Assembly: GCF_000372725.1 (NCBI RefSeq)
Contig: NW_005201381.1
Coordinates: 245,953 to 309,952, forward strand
DNA: 64,000 bases
Source: Emiliania huxleyi CCMP1516
Lineage: Eukaryota
Direction of reading: 5' to 3'
The position numbers and the translations under genes were made by a program. Positions 1-11,400 of the stretch are shown piece after piece (position 1 is the first letter of the stretch; each line of letters begins with the position of its first letter). The notes below the pieces were generated by a model. It ran no database searches, had not been told where the DNA came from, and was given only the letters and a program-made list of their open reading frames with translations.

Positions 1-43
1 AACGAGACGGGGTGAGCGAGGAAACATGGGTACAGCCTAACCG
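1..43 (+). mobile_element. 3' end of another family A copy extending off the left edge
   Basis: gagacggggtg...ggaaacatgggtacagcctaaccg matches the 3' ends of the copies near 27032-27077 and 35403-35439. Confidence 0.7.
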
Positions 44-1126
44 GCACGCCGGGAGGAGGCGGTTGCTCCGTCCGCCGCCGGACCGCCCCCTCCACCACCC
101 TCGCCCTGCGGCGCCGCCTAGACCCCTAGTGAGTGAGTGCTCGCCGACCCTCCCCACACTTAGAATCTTAGTCGGCATCGTGTTTAGGGGGTCACAGTCA
201 CAGATAACAAAAGTCGAGCAAACCCAAAAAATCAAATCCGCCAAGGCTGCTTCTGGATTGCTGGATTCGCAAAAACCAGAAGCAGCTCGGCGACGACGGG
301 CGCTCTGTGGCAGACAGAGCAGCGGCCGCCCAGGCGGTCGCTGCTCCGCCCCGTCCGAATCCGTCCGCCCGCGCGTGCTGCTGCCGCCGCCGCCGCCGCT
401 CCACCCGGTGCCCGTGCGTCGTGAGAGTTGCTTTTTGTGTATGTGTATGTCGTATGTGTGTGTGGACTTCTGTCGCACACTTGACTCTTGAGCCGCTATC
501 TATGATAGTAGACCGGTACTCGCGGGTTTGGATGGTAGCGGGGGGCCCCGCCGGAGGCTGGTTACTGATGTGAACCACAGTTTATGTGAACCACAAAATA
601 TTACTCGGGTGGGTTTGGTCCTTCCTCTCTCCCCTTCGCGCGCGTCTTCGAGGCACAGCTCTCGTCGTTGCCACAGCATGTCGTTCCTCGCACCGTGCCC
701 ACGAGACGGCACCAGCTGACCGAGATCGCGCTCCCCGACGGCTGCCGCGTGCCTTACGGGCGGCTTACGGCGCGCTCAAACAAGTGGCGTCGTGGCCTTC
801 TCGCATAATTCAGCGCTGCACAGCGCTGGTGGACGCCGCCTACCCCCCCAGTGGCAAAGAGGCAGACACACACACAAGACTGGCTGCAAAGGATATCCAC
901 CCCTCGTCGTCGCCTCGTGAGCCTGCTGGCGGTGTGCAAGAACAAAGAAAACAAAAGCCGAGTTTTGGCTAGACGAGCGACCTACCTCCAATGGGGCTGT
1001 AGTCTGGGAACGCGTGGATCCGGCCCGCCCCCCGGCGGGTTACGGTTTAGCGCTGACAGTCAGCCCCATGCGCCATGGGCAGTCCTGGATCACGGGGGAT
1101 GACATCCTGCCTACCGGCACGTTGGC

Positions 1127-1543
1127 CTGTACCCATGTTTCCGGAAACCAAAAAGGAAACGAGAGGGTCCCCAGCACTTTTCGTTTCCGGAAATTTCCAC
1201 AGGGAACGCCAGAGGGTGTTTGGAGAGAGAGATTGGTGCTCCATTCTAGGCTCCATTCTGGCAACTCTCGAGTTTCCCTGTGTCTGAGAGCTGGTCTGGG
1301 CCAAAATCTGAGAGAGAGAGAATCTGAGGCGAAACCGAGGAAACCGGCAAAATACCGGGTATTTTCCAGGTATACCCGGGGTTTTCCAGGTACCCGCAAA
1401 ATACCCGGTATTTTGCCGACCGAGCGAGTCGGCTGATTTTGGGCCCAAACCAGCCTCAGACTCGGTCGGCTCAGAGCCCGTGAAATTGACGATTTTCGCG
1501 GAGTTTCCTCGGGAAACTAGAGAGGAAACGAGAGGGTGCTGTA
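1127..1543 (+). mobile_element. Dispersed repeat family A, copy with truncated 3' end
   Basis: Shares long blocks (ccagcacttt..cgtttccgg; tgctccattct; gagtttccctg.gtctgagagctggtc; ggctcagagccc; gagagggtgctgta) with 26645-27069 and 35026-35434. Confidence 0.85.
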
Positions 1544-2624
1544 ACCCTCCCCACACACTAAGTCGGCATCGTGAGAGAGAATTCTTGATACGAAACCACG
1601 ACGACACACACCAGTCGACTCGCATCGGTTGCCTCCATGAACGGCGGAGCTATTCTCGCGCCCACACCACACCTGGCTCCAACGTGGACACGCCCATAGC
1701 TGGGGACACTACTAGGTCACGCATGGCATCACAGAAGTTTTATCTCTGGGCCCCGAAAGGCATCTCTAGCAGTGTCGTTACACATGCCCCCTCCCCTCCT
1801 GGGCGCATGCGCCTCACGTCTCGCCAGAGCATAAGCCCTTGGCGTGTGGCGAGACGAGTTTTTCGCCATCTCAGCGAGCAGCAAGCCGCCCGCCGCAAAC
1901 AGCCGGAGGCCTCGCCGCGGCACTGGCTGCGCCGCGGTCCCGCACCCGTCGACGCAGCTCCCCCCGCGGAAGACCGCGCGTAGCAACGTCTTGACGATCG
2001 AGATGAGCGTGCCTGAAGCTCGCCCACCTACTGCCCCTGAGAGTTGGTTATGAGTGGGCTCGGCTCCCCCCCTTGGGATCGAAGCTTCCACGACCTCACA
2101 CCCAACACCACAGGTGGGATCAGAGAGAGACTCCGCACCGGACACCGCCCGGGCACAGACCCCCTACCCATCGGATCGCACAGGGCCCCCTCGGAGCAGC
2201 CCACACACAATCACGCATCGGCAGATTGAGTGCCTGAGTCAGGCAGACAGCACAGACAAGAGGAGAGAGAGGAGAGAGAGAGAGAGGAGAGGGGAGAGGG
2301 TGAGGGTGTGTGCACACGTGTGGAGAGGGAGGGTGTCTGTGGTGGGCTGTAGTCGTACTACGTGGTTAAAACCACGCGCCCCTCAGGAGCTTAAGGTAGA
2401 GCTGAGCGTCCAAGACGCCTCGGTGCCACCCACCGGCGTGAAGACCATCCGGATCTACCGAGCTCGTCCTCCGGACGGACCCGTCCCCGCGATGGCCCAC
2501 GGTCCTCCGTCGCCTGGTTGAACCCCCTGCCTCCCGGTTGACCCCCCAGATGTCGTAGTCCACCATGAAATAAACTCAAAGTCCACCAGCCACCAGCCTC
2601 CACCTCCACCCGCGAGCCGCCACC

Positions 2625-2892
2625 GCTGCCGCCCGCGACGCCGCCCGCCGCGTCAGATAGCCGCGACGCGCGCATCGAGTCGCGTCGGAGAGCCGCGCCG
2701 CACCAGCAGCAGCATCTGCACCACCAGCAGCAGCAGCAGCACCACCACCACCACCCGAGAGAGAAGCGCACCTGCCCGACGCCGCCCGCCGCGTCAGACG
2801 CTCGCGACGCGCGCGTCGAGCCCAGTCGCACAGCCGCGCCGCGCCAGCAGCAGCATCGGCACCAGCAGCAGCAGCACCACCACCACCAGCAG
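2625..2892. repeat. Two-copy tandem duplication (about 140-150 bp unit) with CAG/CAC triplet tails
   Basis: cgacgccgcccgccgcgtcaga...cgcgacgcgcgc.tcgag...agccgcgccgc.ccagcagcagcatc occurs twice. Confidence 0.7.
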
Positions 2893-3113
2893 CAACAGAG
2901 ACAGTCAGTGCAGGCGCAGAGGCGCTCGCAGAGCGGCGCTCAGCGCCGCGCACGCCACGCTGCGGACCGTCGGACGAGCGCACCGTACGTCGGCGGCGAG
3001 CCGCGTCGCCAGCCGTCTCGCGAGAGAGCGGCGCCGCCGCGTGCGCGCAGCAGCCGCCGCGGCAGAGGCGAGCCGCGGCGACGTCCGCACTAACGGATAA
3101 CGGCCATTGGCGG

Positions 3114-3149
<36 letters not shown>

Positions 3150-3265
3150 GCATCGTGTCAAGAGAACCAAACACAAAAGTCGAAAGGCGCATGCCCCGCG
3201 GCCAAGCTGCTTCTGGCCGGTGCATAAAGTGCTGGATTCGCACGACGCGACGGGTGGCTTCAGGC

Positions 3266-5006
3266 ATGACCACCTTGTTGGTGCAGACCCCGGTCGACCG
3301 CCCTCACCTGCGACTGCTTCTCTTCCCTCACGCCGGTGGCTCTGCCGCCGCGTACGAAGGCTGGCACGACGCGCTCGCGTCGCGCCTCCCCGTGCCGGTC
3401 GAGGTCTGGGCGGTCAGTCCTCCCGGGAGAGGCGCCCGAGCCGGCGAGGCAGCCTTCCCCACGGTGGCGGCGCTCGCCCAGGCGGTCCTCTCCGAGCTGG
3501 TGCGACTTGAGCTCCACCTCGCACCGCTCGCCGTCTTTGGCCACTCCCTCGGCGCCCTCACCGCCTATGAGCTCGCCCGGAGGATGGTAGACGCACGCCT
3601 CCCGCCGCCAGTCTGCCTCTTTGCCTCGGCGCACGAGCCGCCCTCGTGCGGCATGCCCGAGGCGCAGCGCGGGCTCGCCTCCCTCAGCGACGCCGCGCTG
3701 CTCCGCGCCCTCGCGGCCTTCGACTTCGTGCCGGTGGCATCCTTGGAAGCGGACGCCGCCGACGCCGCCGAAGTGGCGGTGATAGCGCCGCTGCTCGCCC
3801 CGCTCCGCGCCGATCTTGCCATGCGCGAAGCGTACCTCGACGCCGTCGCCGCCGGCACCGCACCGCCGCCGCCGCCCTCGCCGACGTTGCCTCTGCCTGT
3901 CTATGCAGTCGGCGGCGCTGCAGACGCCGCCGTGGACGCGGCGTCGCTGCAGCGGTGGGCGGCGCTGGGCAGCGGCGGCGGCGGGTGCACCCAGCTGCCG
4001 GGGGGGCACTTTTACCTGCACAGCCGGCTGGGAGGCCCCTCCCTCGCCCCGCTGCTCGCGCTCGTCGCCTCGAAGATTGCCGTCTGTCTCGCCCCGGTGC
4101 CGGCCTCTGTCCTGTGCGGCCCGCCCCTCGAGGGAGCGGTGGGGGCGGCGGTGGGGGCGGTGGGGGCGGCGGATGCGGCGGAGGGGGCGGCGGAGGGGGC
4201 GGTGGGCGTGGAGGCGCCGCCGGTCGAGTCCCTGTCCCGGGACACGACACGTCCGGGACATGTCCCGTACGTGCACGAGCTGGTGTTGCGCTGGGCCGCC
4301 GCGACGCCAACCGCCGCCGCCATCGTCTCCGAGGTCGGGGGGCGGCTCGAGGCGGTGAGCTACGCGGAGGTGCGCGAGGTGGTGCACGCGCTCGGCGGAT
4401 GGCTCGTCTCGCACGGCGCGGCGCCCCGCGCGACCGTCGCCGCCCTGCTCGAGTAAGCTGGCTGCAGATGCAGAAACAGATCCGACTAGCGCTCCAGACA
4501 GCGCTCGAGGGGACACGTGCTCCGCCTGCGTTCTCGCGATCCGCTGGACGCAACTTGCGCAAGCGCTGCACTCGCCTCCTCCTCTCCTTCCTCCTCCTCC
4601 TGACTGCGGTGGACTCGCAACGCAGGCACCGCGCTGAGTCTCTCCTCGCGCAGCTCGCTGTCGGCGCAGCAGGTGCCTCCGCCGGCTTGCAGACCGAGTC
4701 CCGCCCTCTCCGCACCGCCGCACCGTCACGCAGCGCCACGTTCTTCCGCCACGCAGCGCCACGTTCTTCCGCCAGAGACGCACGCGTCTTGAACCCCACC
4801 CACCCACCCACCCACCCCCGCCCCCCCTCCGGCGCCCGCCCGCCCAGGCGCCGCATTCTTCCCGCTCGAACCCCACCTCGGCCCGCGCTCTCTCGCGCAG
4901 CTGCTGGCGCAAGCCACGCCGGTCGCAAGACTCACCTCCGCCACACACCGCGGCCGGCTGCCCGAGGACGGCACGCCCACTCTCGACTTCGATCGCCCGG
5001 GCTGGC

Positions 5007-5037
<31 letters not shown>

Positions 5038-5402
5038 GCCGCCGCNNNNNNNNNNNNNNNNNNNNNNNNNNNNNNNNNNNNNNNNNNNNNNNNNNNNNNN
5101 NNNNNNNNNNNNNNNNNNNNNNNNNNNNNNNNNNNNNNNNNNNNNNNNNNNNNNNNNNNNNNNNNNNNNNNNNNNNNNNNNNNNNNNNNNNNNNNNNNNN
5201 NNNNNNNNNNNNNNNNNNNNNNNNNNNNNNNNNNNNNNNNNNNNNNNNNNNNNNNNNNNNNNNNNNNNNNNNNNNNNNNNNNNNNNNNNNNNNNNNNNNN
5301 NNNNNNNNNNNNNNNNNNNNNNNNNNNNNNNNNNNNNNNNNNNNNNNNNNNNNNNNNNNNNNNNNNNNNNNNNNCTCTCAGGTCGCACGGCCCCCTGTCT
5401 GA

Positions 5403-5493
<91 letters not shown>

Positions 5494-8400
5494 CACCATC
5501 TCCCACCCACTCCACCCCTGCTCTCGACCGCACCAGGCGGCGCGCCCACTCTGCTTCGGCCAGACGGCCATCATTGTGCCGGACGAGGCGCCGGCCCAGC
5601 CCTCCGATTCCCCGAGATTGAGCCGCGAGATTCCCCGAGATTGCCCGAGGTAGGCGCTGGTCGACCCGCCGCGCCTCGCCTCCCTGCTCGCCGAGGCGCG
5701 CGCCACGCGCATCCTGACGACCCCCTCGCTCCTCGCAACCTTTCTCGAGCTTGGCTGCCCGCCGCCGCCCGCCGCACCACCCGCCGCCGCATCGCCCGCC
5801 GCGCCACCCGCCGCCGCATCGCCCGCCGTGCCTCCCGCCGCCGCATCTCCGCTCGGCTGCTTGCGGCTGTGGACTCTGTGTGGCGAGGTCGCGCCGGCGA
5901 GCCTCGTCGAGCGGCACGCAGCGTCTCTGCCGCACGTGCAGCTCGTCAACGACTACTCCTCCTGGGAGGGGTGCGACGCCGCATACGCAGACCTCCACCC
6001 GGCCGCGCCGGACGCGGCCGCCGGCGCCATAGCGCCCGTCGGACGGCCTCCGGCTGGCGTCGCCATCGCCGTCCTCGACCCGGACTCGCTCGCCCCGGTG
6101 CCGCTGGGTTGCCTGGGCGAGGTGTACGTCCTCACGCCGCAGGCCTCACCCACCCCCCTAGCAAAGAGAACGCTGTCGACCGACCAGCCACTCCAGCCAG
6201 CCACTCCAGCCAGCCACTCCAGCCAGCCACTCCAGCCAGCCACTCCAGCCAGCCACTCCAGCCAGCCACTCCAGCCAGCCACTCCAGCCAGCCACTCCAG
6301 CCAGCCACTCCAGCCAGCCACTCCAGCCAGCCACTCCAGCCAGCCACTCGAGAGGACACGCACTCGGCTGCACTCGGCTGCCTCCAGCCTGTAGCACTCG
6401 CTGTACTCGCAGCCCTCCTGCTCCGAGTACACGGCACGCGGCCGTACTCCCGCCCCGACAATGTGCGAGCCCTCGCCGCAGGCCTTCACTGGCTACGCCG
6501 GCGCCGCCGACCTGACCACCGCGAGACTGCTCCCCGCGCCGCCAGAGCTGTGCGCGCTGCTGCGCGCGTCTCTCGGGCCCAACAGCCTCACCCTCACCCT
6601 CTGCGCCGACCACGCAGCCGAGGTGCGCGCACAGGCCGACCGGGACGCGGCCACCGCCTCCGCCTCAACCGCCGCCTCCGCCACCGCCTCCGCCTCAACC
6701 GCCGCCTCCGCCACCGCCACCGCCTCCGCCGCCACCGCCGCCACCGCCACCGCCTCCGCCGCCTCCGCCTCTGCCTCAACCGCCTCCGCCGAGGCGCCGC
6801 CGTCTCCGCGCGCCGTGCGAGGCGCGGCGGGCGGCGAGGCCGAGCTCCTCCTCTATCGGACGGGCGACCTTGCGCGGCTCCTCCCGTCTGCGGCGGCGGG
6901 CGGCGAGGCGAGCGTGCAGGTGCTCGGCCGACGCCCGCCCGACGGCTCCGTTGAATTAGTGTATGCGTTCATTCATTCACAAGTTCATTCATTGCTTGGC
7001 CGACGTCCGCCCGACGGCTCGCTCTCGTGACGGCCTGTGTGACTCGGCTGCACGACCTCTGGCTCAGGTGCTCGGCCGGCTCGACTCGACCGTCAAGATC
7101 CGCGGGTACAAGGTCGGGCTGCCCTACGTCGAGGCGAGATCCGCCGAGATGCGCCGAGATGCGCCGAGATGCGCCGAAGAGGCGCCGAGAGGCGCCGAGA
7201 GGCGCCGAGAGGCGCTGAGAGGCGCCGAGAGGCGCCGAGAGGCGTCGAGAGGCGCTGAGAGGCGCCGGGCCGACTCACCCTTCCTTCCGCCACACCCCGC
7301 CAGGCGTGCATCTCGGCTCTGGCCGGCGTCGGCCGCTGCGCCGTCGTCGCGCTGCTCGACGAGGCAGACGAGGAACGGTTGTCCCTTCCGCGAGGTGTTT
7401 CTTTTTCGACGTTTTTCTTTTTGGGGGGAGTAGGCGACCGGGCAGCCATCCTCGCTGGTGGCACACGTCTTCCCGGACGCGGCGGCCGCCGCCGCGGCTG
7501 AGTCGGACGAGCCGAGCTGGCTTGCGGCGGTGCGGGAGGCTGCGCGCGCCGAGTTGCCGCCGCACGCGCTGCCGCGCCACTGGTTGATCACTCCGCAGCT
7601 CGGCGGTCCGTGGCCTTCCCCCAACCCCAACCCCAACCCCACCCCACACACACCCACACACCCACACACCCACCCACACACCCACACACCCACACACACC
7701 CACACATCTACACCCACCCATCTACACCCGCCCACCCATCACCCACGCGCAGACAAACCGCCCTGCGCCCCCACCAGGAGTTGAATAGAAGAAAACCTGG
7801 TTGGCTCTGGTGGACGCTATGTAAAGATGGAATACCCTGATCTCGGTGCGCCCCCGTGCGCGCCGCCACCGGNNNNNNNNNNNNNNNNNNNNNNNNNNNN
7901 NNNNNNNNNNNNNNNNNNNNNNNNNNNNNNNNNNNNNNNNNNNNNNNNNNNNNNNNNNNNNNNNNNNNNNNNCCCCCCCCCCTCCCTTTAACCCTTCCTC
8001 CTTTGGCCCCCCCCCCCCCCCACCACCACCACCACCACCCCCATCGCCCACTCTCCCTCCCCAGGCCTCTCGGCCGCCGAGTCCAAGAAGCTCGACCGGC
8101 GGTCGCTACCAAGGCCAAACCTCTCCCTCGCCTCGCTGCGCGCGTCGGCCGCCGCGCCGCCCGCCGCCGCGTCGGCCGACGCCGCCGCGCCGGCGGCCGA
8201 CGGCAGCGCGGTGGACGCACTCGAGGGTGATATGCTCCCCGTGTGGCGCTCGGTGCTCGGCGTGCCCGACGTCGAGGGCGGCGACAACTTCTTCGACCTC
8301 GGCGGCCACTCGCTGCTCGCCGCCCGACTCGTGCGCGAGATACAGGCGAGATCACCCGAGATGCGCCGAGATGCGCCGAGATGCGCCGTTTGGCTCGTGC

Positions 8401-11400
8401 GCGAGCTGCGGGCGAGGTGGTCCGAGCTGGTGCGAGGTGGTCCAAGCTGGTGCGAGATGGCCCGAGGTCCGCCCGAGCCTGAGGCGCGAGTGCGGGGGTG
8501 CAGGCGCGCCTCGCCATCTCGCTGACGGTGCTCGACCTCTTCGACGCGCCGACGCCCGCCGGGCTCGCGCGCGCCGTCCGCGCGAGGGCAGAGGGCGCCA
8601 CCCCGCGTGCCGCGCCGGCCGCCGCTGCGCCTCTGGATGTTGCCTCGCGCGAGCTGGCCGTGGTCGGCATGGCGGGCCGGTACCCAAAGGCGGGCGGCGC
8701 CGGCTCCCCTCGGCTCCCCTCGGCTCCTCTCGGCTCCTCTCGGCTCCTCTCGGCTCCTTTCGGCTACTCTCGGCTCCTCTCGGCTACTCTCGGCTACTCT
8801 CGGCTACTCTCGGCGTGTGCTCCCAAAGGCGGGCGGCGTCGAGGCGCTGTGGAAGATGCTGCGCGACGGCGGCCGCGGGGCTGCCGATCTCGGCGAATCT
8901 CGGCGGGTCTCGGCTCATCTCGGCGAATCTCGGCCGGTAGGCGGTCACGGGCTGACGATGTGGAGCCGCGCGCAGCTCTTCGCCAAGGGAGTGGGCGCGG
9001 ACGTGTTTGCCCACGAGCGGTTCGTGCCCGCCGCGTATTTGGTGGACGGCGCGGAGCGGTTCGACGCGGCGTTTTGGTCGCTCTCGCCACACGAGGCGGC
9101 CATCATGGACCCGCAGCATCGCCTCTTCCTCGAGGTTGCGTGGCAGGTGACACTTCCTAGCCACTTTCTAGCCACTTCCTAGACACTTCCTAGACACTTC
9201 CTACTTCCAGCCTCTTCCTCGAGGTTGCGTGGCAGGCCGTCGAGCACGCGGGGCAATCAACGATGACTAATCAATCACCATTCATCATCATTGTGGCAGG
9301 CCTTCGAGCACGCGGGGTACGCGCCGCTCTCCGGCACGCCGGAGCGGACGGCGGTGGTTGCGGCGCCCGGCATCGACGGCTACATGCACCACCACCTCGA
9401 TGGCGCGCCGCTCAAGGACGCCCTCTCCCCCGGCGACATCTTCCTGGGCGAGGTTGGCTCCGAGAAGGACCGGCGCCGCTAGATGCGCGAGGGGACTTCT
9501 CTCTTCCAGCAGCCGCACACCTCCCTTCCAGCAGCGACCCTGACTCTGGTTGTGCCCCCGCACCGCGCTGCAGGACTACATCGCGACGCGCCTCTCGTAC
9601 GCCCTCGACCTGATGGGCCCCTCCCTCACCGTCAACTCTGCCTGCTCGTCGGGGCTGCTCGCCGTCGCGCACGCCGCCGCGCCCCTCCTCACTGGCGAGG
9701 CAGACCTCGCCCTCGGCGGCGCGTCGGCGCTAACCTTCCCATCGCACGGCTACGTCTTTGAGGAGGGGCTGGTCGCCTCCATCGACGGCAAGGTGCGAGA
9801 CGCCCCCGCCGCCCGAGCGAGAGGCCTCCCCACATCTCCCCACATCTCCCCACATCTCCCCGCCGCCCGAGCGAGAGGCCTCCACCACCACAACGTGCGT
9901 CAGCGGCGCCTCGCCAGGGTACCTCACTGCACCTGTCCACCTGTCCACCTGTACACCTGTGCACCTGTACACCTGTACCTGTGCCTGTCGCCCCCCCCCC
10001 CCCCCTTCCCCTTCCCCCTTCCCCCCACCCCCCACCCCCCTCCTCCGGCCTGGCACGCCTGACGCACCCCTCGCGCGTGCGTGGGAAAAGGTGCGCCCCT
10101 TCGACGCGGCGGCGCACGGGACCGTCTTCGGCGACGCCGTCGGCGCCGTCGTCCTCAAGCGTGCCGCCGACGCCGACGCCGCCGCCGACGCCCCTCTCGC
10201 GAGGCTGCTCGGCTACGCGGTCACCAACGACGGCGCCCGCAAGGCGGGCTCTCTCGTCCTCCTAGAACCCTTCTCGGACCCTTCTCGGAGCCGTCTCGGA
10301 ACCCTCTAGGCTGGCTACGCTGCCCCGGGGGTGGCCGGCCAGCGCGCGGCGGTCAGCGGCGCGCTCGGCGTGGCAGGAGTCGCGGCGTCGTCGCTCTCGT
10401 ACGTCGAGTGCCACGCGACTGGCACGCTCATCGGCGATGGCATCGAGGCGCGCGCGCTCACTGACGCGCTCGCCGCCTCGGATGCCGGCGCCGCCGCCGC
10501 CGCGTCGCGCGGCACCTTCATCTCGCTCGGCTCAATCAAGGGCAACCTCGGCCACGCCAACGCGGCTGCGGGCGTCACGGGGCTGCACAAGGCGTTGCTC
10601 TGCCTCTCACGCGCGGAGCTCGTCCCGACCGCCCACTTCGCCAAGCTCAACAGGAACGTCCACCTCGCCGGCACTCCGCTCGCCGTGCACCAGGCCGGGG
10701 CTGTGCCGTGGGCGAGGCACACCTTCTCGGAACTTTCTCGGAACCCTCTCGGAACCTCCTCTAGGCCGGGGCTGTGCCGTGGGCGAGGCCGACAGGCGTG
10801 CCGGGAGCGGCCAGCGAGGCGGCGCGCCGCTGCGGCGTCTCCTCCTTCGGCATCGGGGGCACCAACGTGCACATGATCCTCGAGGAGCCGCCCCGCGCCG
10901 CGGGCAAGCCCGCCGCATCCGCCGCCGCCGCTGCCGCCGCCGCATCCGCCGCCGCCGCCGCCGCCGCCCCGACGCGCCGTGCCGTGCACATGCTCTGCGT
11001 CTCGGCAAAGTCGGGCGCCGCGGCGCGACGCGCCGCGGAGGCGCTCGCGGCGGCCCTCGAAGGCGAGGGGGCGCCGCCACTCGAGCACGTTGCGGCCCAG
11101 CTGCTCGGCGGCCGGGAGCTCTTCTCCAAGCGCGTCGCCGTCTCCGCCGCCACGCGCGCCGAGGCCGTCGCGGCGCTGCGCGCCGCCGCCGCCGCCCCGG
11201 CCCCCGCCCCCGCCCCAGCGTCGCCATCGCCGAGCAAGAGCAGCAGCATGGTCGACCTCGAGTCGGCGGGCGGCGGCGGCGGCGGGGCAAGACGCCGGGG
11301 CAAGACGCCGCCGGTGGTGCTCCTCTTCCCCGGCCAGGGCTCGCAGTGCCCGCGCATGGGAGAGGGGATCTACCGCTCCGAGCCCGCCTACCGGCGGCAC

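Noticed and set aside
1014..1625. ORFs within family A repeats (also near 26.5, 35 and 61.4 kb)
   Set aside because: Frames are not conserved between copies and no transposase motifs are present.
5405..5491. (CA)n and (GT)n tracts here and at 40155-40250 read as His-Thr or Cys-Val proteins
   Set aside because: Intronic microsatellites.
3646..6954. 1102-aa ORF and the many overlapping Arg/Ala/Pro-rich ORFs
   Set aside because: Shadow frames caused by high GC and by reading through N gaps; the conserved motifs lie in other frames.
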